NCBI GenBank assembly: GCA_965216035.1 | Contig: CBDCFM010000018.1 | Location: 256,134 to 320,133 of the forward strand | Origin: Terriglobia bacterium | Lineage (GTDB): Bacteria; Acidobacteriota; Terriglobia; 20CM-2-55-15 | DNA: 64,000 bases | Direction: 5' to 3' | In this document: in pieces, positions 37,942-47,216 of the stretch | Position numbering within the stretch: the first letter of the stretch is position 1 | Layout: every line of letters begins with the position of its first letter | Notes under the pieces: generated by a model | The model's database searches: none | Told to the model about the DNA's origin: nothing | The model's input: only the letters and a program-made list of their open reading frames with translations | Made by a program: the position numbers and the translations under genes

Positions 37942-38412
37942 TCAAGCGATACTCGACAGCTGCCAGAAACCTGCCTCGACGAGGAAGGGCCGCACGCGCG
38001 GGCGCCATACCTGACTCACGAAATTGAGCTGGCTCGCCGAGCAACGCTCGCCGGGAAGATTCTGCTCCGGGGTCAGAGCCGCATCGTATTCCCGTTCGAG
38101 CCGCGGCAATGCGCTTTCGGGCTCTGCCCACAATGTGGATACGAGGGGATCGAACAAATAGGGATCGGCCATTGGTGGAACCAGCGCGGGGGGGACCGCG
38201 TCATCGCTGTCAGCGTTGACGGATTTCGCAGCATCGAGTGCGCGTGCAAACGCAGCGGCCCGGGCGCGGAGACTTGCCACCACTGATGCGAGACGCACAT
38301 CGCGCGCTGGCATCAGTTCGGCCGCATCGATCCGTGCGGGCGCGGTCTGGGCGCAAAAGGCATCATACGATTGCCAGCGCGGCAACGACGCCTGGCCGTA
38401 GGCGGTATTCAC
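37942..38412 (-). CDS. hypothetical protein (weak)
   Basis: 156 aa GTG-start ORF in a low-coding 1.3 kb region. Ala/Arg-rich, no motif recognised. A 35-aa ORF (MTDDTATMERVRELVDEYRVECLWFLRPDYYPGSSET) lies just upstream on the same strand. Confidence 0.2.
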   Translation of the reverse strand: MNTAYGQASLPRWQSYDAFCAQTAPARIDAAELMPARDVRLASVVASLRARAAAFARALDAAKSVNADSDDAVPPALVPPMADPYLFDPLVSTLWAEPESALPRLEREYDAALTPEQNLPGERCSASQLNFVSQVWRPRVRPFLVEAGFWQLSSIA

Positions 38413-39116
38413 TGACGAGAAATAACACCAGTGGTTCCAGCGTTACCGAGATAACGGAGTAACGCAGGAGATCGACGCGGTTGATGCCGCCGCGTCTCAG
38501 AAGATTCTCAATTTTGCACTCTTCGGTCACGTTTCAGATGACCCGGGGTAGTAATCCGGGCGGAGAAACCAGAGGCATTCCACGCGATACTCGTCGACGA
38601 GTTCGCGAACCCTCTCCATAGTTGCCGTGTCGTCAGTCATGAGTATGGAGGCTTACGGTCAGTGTCCCACAATCAATGGGCGTAGCGAACGGCAATACCC
38701 TTGATGCTTCAATCTGGAGGACAGTTTCAGGTGGTTGGCGCGCCGACAGGATCAGCCCAACACCCAGACGGCGCTGGCTCGCGACGATGCGACGCCGGAT
38801 GGGTTGAGCATCGAAATGCGATGCAGCATAAAACTGAACCCCACGGCACAGTCCATTCTACCGTGCGACGGGCTACCTCCCCTTCACTGCGAAGACCGCT
38901 GATTTTACTCATCGGCCCAAGATGACGATGCCCTGAAGATCCTGGAATCTGCCGGTTTACGAGTCATTTGTGTTGCAAAGCCCCCCCCTGAAGCCGTAAC
39001 GTAGCGCAAGAATCTAGTTCTTTCGGGTTATTGCGGTATTCCGTGAAAAGACCGGGTGAGTACCGGACATACCGTCAGAGATCGGGCTCGAGCCGGATGC
39101 ACCGGGACAATCGACG

Positions 39117-40823
39117 ATGAGCCATATATTCGTCAGCTATAAGAAGGAGGACCTGGACCATGCTGCGCTGCTGGCGCGGGCTCTCGAGGCGCACGGCTGG
39201 AAGGTCTGGTGGGATCGTTCGATCGCGGCTGGAAAGCGATTCGACGATGTCATCGAGGAGGCGATTGATGCTGCCAGTTGTGTCATCGTTTTGTGGACCT
39301 CCCGATCTGTTCGCAGCGACTGGGTCCGCAACGAGGCACAGGAGGGTGCGAACCGCGGAATCCTCGTTCCGGTCCTGATCGAAGACGTCAAGATTCCCCT
39401 CGCATTCCGCCGCATCCAGGCCGCGGACCTGATCGGCTGGAGGGGCGATTCGAACCTGGAAGCGTTCCAGCGACTGTGCCAGGACATCGAGGCAGTGATC
39501 GGGGCGCCGGTCGCAGACGAGGCTCGGGCGGAACTTCCGGGAACGGCTGACAAGCCTGAGGCCAGAACATCGGAACCCGCCCCGACTGCTCCCGATGTTC
39601 GACCGGCCAGTGTAGGCGGCCCCCTAGGGCCAGCAGACGCGTCTCCCCTCCCCGGTGGGCCGGATCCTTCCGAGGTATCGGTGCCGCGACCGTTGCCGGC
39701 CCCGCCTCCGCCCCGAGCAGCCGAAGGGGGCGTAGAGCCTCGCCGAATTTTTAGAGTCGCCGTGGGCCGGAGTCAGATTGCGATCGCGGCTTCGGCTTTG
39801 CTGCTACTTGTGCTGGTGGCCGGTCTCGCCCCGCGAGGGCCGAACGTTTCCGTGGAGTCCAGACCCGAGAGTGCGGTGGAACGGCTACCCCAGATCCCAC
39901 CGGTGCGTGATGATCTTGTGGAAGACGAACTCGATGCCCTCGGCGAGGCAACGTTGCCAGTTCGAACAGCGGCACTTGAACCGCCCCCTGACCCCGTTGA
40001 TCGTCCAACCCGACTCGAGGAAGGTGCGCCTTCTCCGGAGACAGCCCCGCCGGACTCACCGGCCCCGTCCGAACCCGCTCCTCCGATTGTCCAACCTCCC
40101 CCCGCTCCCGCCGACTCAGCGGAAGTCGCAACCGCCGGGCCCATCGCCGTAGGCGCGAGAGAAGCCCAGCAGTATGTTTCACAGTCGGTCCGTCCCGTTT
40201 ATCCTGAAGCGGCTCAGGAGGCTGGCATCGACGGCAATGTGGTGCTTCGCGTCTGGATTTCCAGTGACGGGGACGTCCGGGATGTTGTCCGGATTACCGG
40301 ACCTGACCTGCTCACAGGCGCTGCGATCGATGCAGTCAGGCAATGGCGCTATGCTCCGTATAGGCAGTACGGTATGCCAGTCGACATTGTGACGACGGTT
40401 ACTGTCGGATTTACACTGACGCCGCCGGCATCGCCGAGCCGGTCCACTGAGAATGCGGCTGAATCGACCCGCTCGGCGGCTGCCCCTACAACGGACGACT
40501 CGCCGCCAGCTCCCGAACCCCAAACCAGTACCCGCACGAGGGCCTTTCCTCCTTGCGCCAGTCCGAGGCAGGTCACGCTTGACGCCGGCGCGGTCACCTC
40601 GTTTGTAGTTGGAGACGATACGTTCGGGTTATACCTTGGCAGTGTCCGGCCCAACCTCGTCGGTGGGGGGGGGGAATGGAGGCCACATTATCGTGGTTGC
40701 GGACCGGAGAACCCTGGTGGCGTTCCGGCGGTGGCGAGATCGACCCGGCCGAGTTGTCCTCCCGCCTGTCTGAAGCGTCTGGACCTCTTGGACCGGAGAG
40801 CTATATCCACATCGACGGTCTGA
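39117..40823 (+). CDS. TIR domain - transmembrane - TonB C-terminal domain fusion protein (annotated in the uninterrupted frame; likely continues to 40930 through a G10 frameshift)
   Basis: Residues 1-130 MSHIFVSYKKEDLDHAALLARALEAHGWKVWWDRSIAAGKRFDDVIEEAIDAASCVIVLWTSRSVRSDWVRNEAQEG fit the TIR (TIR_2) profile (FxSY..ED.....L...L...G..V..D...I..G......I..AI..S...IV..S..S..S.W...E). A Pro/Ala-rich spacer is followed by a single TM helix (IAIAASALLLLVLVAGLA) and a second Pro-rich spacer. Then VRPVYPEAAQEAGIDGNVVLRVWISSDGDVRDVVRITGPDLLTGAAIDAVRQWRYAPYRQYGMPVDIVTTVTVGF fits the TonB_C fold (P.YP..A...G..G.V.......G.V....V..S.G...LD.AA..AV..WR..P.....G.PV). Confidence 0.75.
   Translation: MSHIFVSYKKEDLDHAALLARALEAHGWKVWWDRSIAAGKRFDDVIEEAIDAASCVIVLWTSRSVRSDWVRNEAQEGANRGILVPVLIEDVKIPLAFRRIQAADLIGWRGDSNLEAFQRLCQDIEAVIGAPVADEARAELPGTADKPEARTSEPAPTAPDVRPASVGGPLGPADASPLPGGPDPSEVSVPRPLPAPPPPRAAEGGVEPRRIFRVAVGRSQIAIAASALLLLVLVAGLAPRGPNVSVESRPESAVERLPQIPPVRDDLVEDELDALGEATLPVRTAALEPPPDPVDRPTRLEEGAPSPETAPPDSPAPSEPAPPIVQPPPAPADSAEVATAGPIAVGAREAQQYVSQSVRPVYPEAAQEAGIDGNVVLRVWISSDGDVRDVVRITGPDLLTGAAIDAVRQWRYAPYRQYGMPVDIVTTVTVGFTLTPPASPSRSTENAAESTRSAAAPTTDDSPPAPEPQTSTRTRAFPPCASPRQVTLDAGAVTSFVVGDDTFGLYLGSVRPNLVGGGGEWRPHYRGCGPENPGGVPAVARSTRPSCPPACLKRLDLLDRRAISTSTV
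40665..40674 (+). repeat. G10 homopolymer tract inside the 3' end of the TIR-TonB_C gene
   Basis: Ten consecutive G. The more protein-like downstream reading frame (40676-40930) is +2 relative to the gene frame. A tract of G11 or G8 would fuse the two. Confidence 0.8.
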
Positions 40824-41075
40824 CCGAAGGCACACGGGAGCGTACACTCCTCGGAGGCGATCGCTGGGTCGAATTGCGGTTCCTCGACATGCGGGGACGA
40901 CCCGCTCAGTTCGCAATCTGCGGGCAGTAAGGAGAAACGTCGGGATTTCCTGACACGATAGGCCGCTGCCGACACCCCAACCCTTGAATAGATAATCGCG
41001 AACAACAGGAATCGGCGTCCGCCTGACAAGTCCATGCTCGATGCTTGCCCGCGTACTGGGCCACAGTGCAAACAG

Positions 41076-42326
41076 CTATGGATTGAGTCTCCGCAAGGCG
41101 TCGACAGCAGCTTCCATCACACGCGTGTCTTGATCCCGAGTCAGGGGCTCAATGTAGGGACGGGCGTCCACGGAGCCGACGCGGCCAAGGACGCCGAGAA
41201 GCTTTGCGCGAATGTCGGGGTCCGGGTTGCGCAGATGCGGAAACATGTCGCCGAGCTTGCCCTCATACCGGCCCAACTCGATCAGGTAAGTTTCGGCCTG
41301 CTGATCCCGGCGTGTATCCAGAGCCTGGATCAACCTAGTCAGGTACTGTGCCTGATCCGAAGCGACCAGGGCGAACGCCAGCGCAAGGCGAACCGAGGCA
41401 TCCCGCTCACCGTCGATCCGATCGCTAAACAAAGAAGGAGGCGAGTTCAGGCGCGCCAACCCTTCGGCGGAAACCTGACGTATGTTGTTCTCGCGATTGT
41501 CAAGCCCCTGCTCCAGAACGGGCCTAGCCTCGGGAAGCCTCATCATCGCGATCGCATCGAGCGCCAAGGCCCTAACGTCGTTGTCGTCTTCCGACCGATA
41601 CATACTCGATAGGACTGGAAACGCTTCCAGGTATCCGATCCGGCCGATCGCGCGAATGGATTCATCGACAACACGATCGTCCTCGTCTCTGAGCATCCGG
41701 GTCAACGCGGGCCCCCCGTCCTGACCTCCGATCACACCAATCGCTTGGATCGCGGCCATCCGGACATTCCCAGCCTCGCGGTTCCAGTGACCCTCAGCCG
41801 CGTCGATCAATACCTGAAGCTGGCTGGCCATTTGAAGCGTCCCCAGCGCATATGCCACCTCCAATCGGACATCCTCTTCAAAATCACTTGCGAGCGCGAG
41901 GGCCAACGCATCACCAACGGCCGGATCCACGGCCACGTTCGGCGCTACCAAAGGCCGCTCATCCGAACTGAAGATGCCCCTGATCTGGTCAAAGAACCCC
42001 CCCGCATCCGCAGGCGGAATATAGAGCTGAAGGAACGCATCCACCGCAGCGAGCCGGACGTTTGGGTCATAGTCCGTCAGCAGCGCCTCTGTAAGAGCCA
42101 ATATCGCCGACGCATCCCGGATTTGCCCCAGGCCCTCGACGATGTCCTCGCGCAAGCTGCTCCGAGGCTCCTTTTGATAAGCCTCCAGCAGCGCGGGCAC
42201 GGCTTCGCGGTTACCCAGCGTTGCCATAGATTCGATCGCGTCCTGCCGCTCCCCGGGACTGGACGAGTTCAGGGACGGAATCTGAATGAAACTCAGTGCG
42301 AGAACCAGTGATACGACGTGTGCCAT
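41076..42326 (-). CDS. HEAT/PBS-lyase-like repeat protein, secreted
   Basis: Start moved to MAHVVSLVLALSFIQIPSLNS (signal peptide). Many about 30-aa repeats of the form (D.)VR..A..ALG.IG (NVRLAAVDAF, DVRLEVAYALGTL, NVRMAAIQAIGVIG, DDRVVDESIRAIGRIG, DVRALALDAIA, DIRAKLLGVLGRVG). Confidence 0.75.
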   Translation of the reverse strand: MAHVVSLVLALSFIQIPSLNSSSPGERQDAIESMATLGNREAVPALLEAYQKEPRSSLREDIVEGLGQIRDASAILALTEALLTDYDPNVRLAAVDAFLQLYIPPADAGGFFDQIRGIFSSDERPLVAPNVAVDPAVGDALALALASDFEEDVRLEVAYALGTLQMASQLQVLIDAAEGHWNREAGNVRMAAIQAIGVIGGQDGGPALTRMLRDEDDRVVDESIRAIGRIGYLEAFPVLSSMYRSEDDNDVRALALDAIAMMRLPEARPVLEQGLDNRENNIRQVSAEGLARLNSPPSLFSDRIDGERDASVRLALAFALVASDQAQYLTRLIQALDTRRDQQAETYLIELGRYEGKLGDMFPHLRNPDPDIRAKLLGVLGRVGSVDARPYIEPLTRDQDTRVMEAAVDALRRLNP

Positions 42327-42662
42327 GACAGAACACCCTCCGAATTGGGTTTCGAAATGGTGTCGGATCTTCCGCCACTCTAAAGAGAGGCAACCGAACA
42401 CCTTGACTAGGATCTCACGTAATGACGCCGGGGTCCATCGGCAGATGGACGCGAGTTGAGGGCCGCAGGCTGAAAACCAGAGGAATGCCCCCGATGCGGA
42501 TTGTTACTGGGCGAGGGCACCCGTTGCGATGTCATTCAGCTGCTTCGACACCTGAATGGTTTTTGACTCTGGTCGCATTCTCGATACTCCCATGGCCTGT
42601 GACTGCACGACTTCCTTAGACGGGCATGACGGGATTCCGCCGCTTCGTGCGGTTGGAGGCGA

Positions 42663-43860
42663 CTACCCGCAGGCAGACGCCGGAGGGTCACGCCCCCAAT
42701 CTCTAGCGAGCTTGTACGGTAAGTTAATATCCCTCGTTTCAGGATCCGAAGTCCCGGCGCCATTAGCCAATCGCACCGTGACCGATCGGATGTCACTGCG
42801 AGTCCCATTGACGTTCACCGGTTGTGTGTATGAGAAAGTGCTGCCGCCGGTCTCTATCGAGCCCGTGCTCGAAAACCACGCCCCGAACGCGGAACCCACC
42901 GGCAGCGTAAACGAAGCGGTTCCGATGTTGGTCCCTTCGAATAAGAAAATTGCCTGGTCCACCCGCAGCGATGATGCATAGCCGGTAGTCACAATGTTGA
43001 AACCATTCGCGGTCGCCACAATATCCACGCTGTCAATCACGGGCGGCCCGATGATTTCTATCGTGCGCACCACCTGTTCGCCGTTTAACGTGGCGGTGAG
43101 TACGATGGCGCCGGCGATCGTCCCGACGTTGATCTCAGGCAGTGCCTGTGCGGCATCTTCACCTGCATTTGTGCTGAAAGATGCCGTCCGGCACGCGCAG
43201 GGGAGAAACGAACACTCGGGTCATCACTAACGAGAGCCTGCTGGGACCTTCTGCCCGGAAATACCAGCGGATCACAGCCGCCGTCTCCGAGAGTTTCAGG
43301 AACTCGGTGCAGCGCCCGTTGATGGTCAAGGTGAGCAACGGCGTCTGGGCGTTGGTGGGCAAGACGATGGGCCAACCTGAAACTTGCCGACCCTTGTCTG
43401 AACGTTCGGTTTGGTTGACAAACTCAACGTCCCCGATCAATAAGAGTCGCAGCACAAGGGGTGAGCCATGAATGACTATTGCACTTGCGAACTTCGACGG
43501 ATTGACCGGGTGTTTCTGAGCGGGAGCCTCGTATACTGCTCCATCTGCCACAAGACCATCTGCTGTGACGAGTCTGCTGTCGATGTTCAAGTAGGACGCC
43601 ATGCGGCCGAGGTCGCCGACGAAGAACATTTCGCGTGTTGGCGGCACTGGGACAGGGTTGCGGATCTTGCTGTTTCCCACGCGAGAGTGGGCGAATAAGA
43701 CCACTCGATATGCGTCGTTTGGTGAGGCCTGCGTTGGCGTAGGAGGGCCGTTCGCACTCCAGCTCTTGGGTAAGGGACTCGCAGGACTGGTGAGGGCTCG
43801 AAGACGAGAGGCATCGAACGACAGCACATCTGCAGCTTTCCAATTCGTCTCGGACGGCAT
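42663..43860 (-). pseudogene. frame-broken hypothetical secreted beta-rich protein (two overlapping minus-strand ORFs in different frames)
   Basis: ORFs 43159-43860 (233 aa) and 42663-43073 (136 aa, frame open upstream to beyond 43160) are on the same strand in different frames. The downstream part is Gly/Thr/Ser/Asn-rich and beta-strand-like (GFNIVTTGYASSLRVDQAIFLFEGTNIGTASFTLPVGSAF). No domain recognised. Could be one gene with a frameshift. Confidence 0.25.
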
Positions 43861-44128
43861 CTTGTTGCCAACCTCTTTCCGACACTATTAGGCATCCTCC
43901 ACGAAACGTAGCAAGGCGCTTTCTTGCCGAGCCCACCGTAGTCGCAATGGCTGGGCCTCGGAGCCGGCGCTGTTTCCCCGATCACTATCGGCCCGATGGC
44001 TCTTATTTCTCCTACTTTCCTCGTGAGACTTTTCTTGCTTACACATCCCACCTTGTAGTTAGATCGAGTAGATATCTCAGTCGAGGAAGCTCAACAACCC
44101 CAAAATGGATTTCAGTCTGGAGGGCTCG

Positions 44129-44560
44129 ATGAAGCTAGTGAAGCCAGCGTGGTCGGGTGCATTCGCCGTGGGTGCGGCCCTGTTCCTGGGAGGACTCCCC
44201 CTCGAGGCACACCATTCGTTCGCGGCCCAATACGATTCGAAGGCGCCGATCACGGTAGAAGGCCAAGTCACGGAATTGCAGTGGAGAAACCCGCACATCT
44301 ACTTGTTCGTGGATGTAGAAACCGACAGTGGCGAGGTGGAGAATTGGGCCATCGAGGGTGGCACGCCGAACAGTCTGTTCAGGAGAGGCTGGAGGAAAGA
44401 CGATCTGAAGGTTGGAGATAGCGTCAGAGTGGAGGGCTTCCGGGCCAGAGACGGGTCGAACCTCATCAACGGGCGGAACGTGACGATGCCCGATGGTCGT
44501 CGGGTCTACGGAGGTTCAGCCAACGATGGAGGTCCTACCGGGCCTGGAGGAAACAACTAG
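44129..44560 (+). CDS. small secreted protein, family B (copy 2)
   Basis: Start at MKLVKPAWSGAFAVGAALFLGG with GGAGGG RBS 5 nt upstream (the ORF track start at 44105 is in-frame). Motif AHHSFAAQYD...EGQVTELQWRNPHIYLFVDVE is shared with 3909-4307. Followed on the same strand by family A copy 2. Confidence 0.55.
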   Translation: MKLVKPAWSGAFAVGAALFLGGLPLEAHHSFAAQYDSKAPITVEGQVTELQWRNPHIYLFVDVETDSGEVENWAIEGGTPNSLFRRGWRKDDLKVGDSVRVEGFRARDGSNLINGRNVTMPDGRRVYGGSANDGGPTGPGGNN

Positions 44561-44736
44561 ACAACTATTCAGGAGCCAACGCCGCTCTGGACAGCGTCAC
44601 CGTAAGAGACTTTGGGCGATGGCGACGTGCGGTATCGTTTGCATTGGACACCACGAATTGAAATCAGTTAATAGGCGAGTCGAATCCCCGTCTGGATCCC
44701 TCGAACCAGAATCGTGATTCGATATGGAGGCTCAGC

Positions 44737-45597
44737 ATGAGCAAGCGTTTTTCGGTTTTAACTATTGCCGCGTGGGCACAGTTCTGCGCTTTGGTCCTCG
44801 TGGTGATCCCTGCCCAGGCGCAATTGAGTGTTCCTGGATCCGGGTTGGACGGTGCCTGGTGGTATTTGGGAGAAGCCTCTCCATCGGGACCCGTGGATAT
44901 CGGGCCCGTGGACTTCAGCGGTGTTTGGACTGGACAGACTACCAGAGACCTCTCCCAGGCCACTCTGCCGGGTGATGAAATGATCCTCACCGCATATGGA
45001 TACGAAAGATATCAGAACGTCGACCACGCGCAGGATCCCAATACGTTCTGCCTCCCCCCGGGTCCTGCCAGGATGGTCATCCGGAGGCATCCCACCATGA
45101 TTGTTCAGCGCCCCGACGTGGTCGTGATCCTCAGCGAATCTCAGTACACTTTCCGCCTGATCTATACGGATGGGCGGGATCATCCCGAATACATTCATGA
45201 GTATCCGGAATGGACGGGGCACGCGCTCGGCAAGTGGGAGGGAGACACGCTGGTTGTGGACACACTGGGCATCAATGACCGAACGTGGCTGGACATTTCC
45301 GGTCACGAACACAGTGACCAGCTGCATCTCACCGAACGATTTCGCCTGGCCGACCCAAACACGATCGAGTACACGGTGACGTATACGGATCCCGTGTTTT
45401 TCGTGAAGCCGTTTACGACGATACAGACGCTTCAGCGCGTGACGGCTCCAGACCGGATCATGTCTCATGCCTGCATGGACTACGAAAGGGACATCGAGCA
45501 CCTTCAGCCCACCATCGGCGGGACCGGCCTGGACCTAGCGGTGTACCAAGATGAAAACGGGAACATTATTCGTCCTGTGGTCGGGCCGCCAGAGTAA
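44737..45597 (+). CDS. hypothetical secreted protein, family A (copy 2)
   Basis: Signal peptide MSKRFSVLTIAAWAQFCALVLVVIPAQAQ. Conserved blocks DFSGVW, FCLPPGPARM, TMIVQRPDVVVILSE...FRLIYTDGRDHPEYIHEYPEWTGHALGKWEGDTLVVDTLGINDRTWLD and DPNTIEYTVTYTDPVFFVKPFTT parallel copy 1. Confidence 0.6.
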   Translation: MSKRFSVLTIAAWAQFCALVLVVIPAQAQLSVPGSGLDGAWWYLGEASPSGPVDIGPVDFSGVWTGQTTRDLSQATLPGDEMILTAYGYERYQNVDHAQDPNTFCLPPGPARMVIRRHPTMIVQRPDVVVILSESQYTFRLIYTDGRDHPEYIHEYPEWTGHALGKWEGDTLVVDTLGINDRTWLDISGHEHSDQLHLTERFRLADPNTIEYTVTYTDPVFFVKPFTTIQTLQRVTAPDRIMSHACMDYERDIEHLQPTIGGTGLDLAVYQDENGNIIRPVVGPPE

Positions 45598-45695
45598 AAG
45601 TCTGACGGAGAATCATCTCGCACCGAAACCAGACGATCCACAGAACCGCCGCCGCCCCGTATTCAGCATGCGGTCGAAGGCCCGACGCTCGCCCA

Positions 45696-46784
45696 CTACG
45701 GGGTTCTTCTCCACGCCAACTGGGCATCCATGCATTCGCCGACAACGGTCAGGTAGCGGTCGACGGCATTCCTGTTGACATAAGGATGAGGCGCGTCCGT
45801 TCCGCGGAGCCTGAATGCGCGGGCCTTCTCCGCTTCCTGATCGTAATCGGAACGGACCGAGAGAAAAACGTCCACGTCGGCCCTCGCTGCAATGTCACGC
45901 AGACGACTGGTCGAGAACCTATACGTTCTCAGGGCTTCCTCGTCACTTGAAAAATATACGACGCCTTGCTCCACAGAGTCCCAATCCCGGCCCCCAATCA
46001 GCAGGCCGACATGCCGCCGAGTGCCTTCTCTGAGGGGAACCAGAGTCGAAAGCGTGCCGGGACTGTTACCGGGCGTTACATAGAGTGTCAGCGTCGTACC
46101 CCCGAGCGTCAGCGTCTGGCCGTCCGCCACCACGAGATCCCTTCTGGGTTTGAGCCGCTCTGGAACCTCTGGCGTTGCCTCGATAACATTCCAGTCCGCT
46201 TCGGACAGCATGATCCGTGAATTGTAGCGGTCCTGAAAAAGTTTGGCCGCGCCGTAATGCCGCACATCGGGTGTGTGGATAATGACGTATTTGACGTTCG
46301 CCGGATCGAGACCCATTTATTCGAGTCCTTCGACAACGGCTTCGGCGGCGTAGTCCCTTCCCGAATTGAGCAGAATGATGCCATCGGACGTCGTCACCGC
46401 CCAGACATGGAAGACGGTGCCGACGTTGAACAGGTTGTCGAAGACCTGCACGGGCTCGACATACCATTCAGAGCGGTCCGGGACCCGTGGGTTCGCTCTG
46501 TTAGCCGGTCGGGCCGCTGGCGTTGGCTCCTGCACGGTCGGTTCCCGCTCGGTACAGAGGAGTTCGAACGTGGGTGTCAAATCGTAGAGCCCGGGTTCGG
46601 ACGCTGCGGCCCGCGCTGCGGCCACATGGGCCTCGGCTCTGACGGCTTGCGCGTTGATTTCAATTGCAGTCCAGCCGGCCAACAGAGTCGTGCCGCAGAA
46701 TAGCCATAGCACATAGCGCCCCATAGCTCGTTTCCCTCGCCGGTTCGCCAGTCTTTTCGCGGAATAGTCGAGTGTAGATTCCAT
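45696..46784 (-). pseudogene. subclass-B3-like MBL-fold protein gene interrupted by an in-frame TAA, with a degenerate His motif
   Basis: ORFs 46317-46784 (signal peptide plus ...FHVWAVTTSDGIILLNSGRDYAAEAVVEGLE) and 45696-46316 (MGLDPANVKYVIIHTPDVRHYGAAKL...) are in the same frame, separated only by TAA (46317-46319) with ATG immediately after (TAAATG). Together they align to the B3 beta-lactamase architecture. HTPDVRH replaces the HxHxDH zinc motif. Confidence 0.6.
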
Positions 46785-47216
46785 GGTGTTCCTCTATCTG
46801 TTTCCAACCCCAAATCCGGCACAAGGAACTCTTCGAGGCGCTCGGATCACTTGCCGGATTCTTGGTAGCCCAGGCCGCGCCTTCCGTGCAATAAAAGGTC
46901 CACGGACTTTCGCAGAAAAACTCGGTCAAGAATATTGAAGAGAGGAATTCGAAGCTAGAGAATTCTCAAGTCACAATAGGATGACCCAATGCCGTAGCAG
47001 GGACTTGAACCCTCACGCGTATAACTCCGGCGGATCAACGAAGAACTCTGAAGCGCCTGCTACTACTGAGCATCTGATGGTGGGTAGTTTGCTGGGCGTA
47101 TCGCAGCAAACCTTTCGCTAAGCCTAACTGATCGAGGGATGGTTGGAGCCTAAATATGTATACTGCAAGGAATTCGCATTTCGCTTTCATAAGAGGACCA
47201 GCATCGGAAAGGTGTA

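Noticed and set aside
39117-40823. Alternative reading of the TIR-TonB protein as a secreted TIR effector (Tcp-like)
   Set aside because: No N-terminal signal peptide. The TIR domain starts at residue 1 and the single TM helix follows it, which favours a cytoplasmic TIR and periplasmic TonB_C topology.
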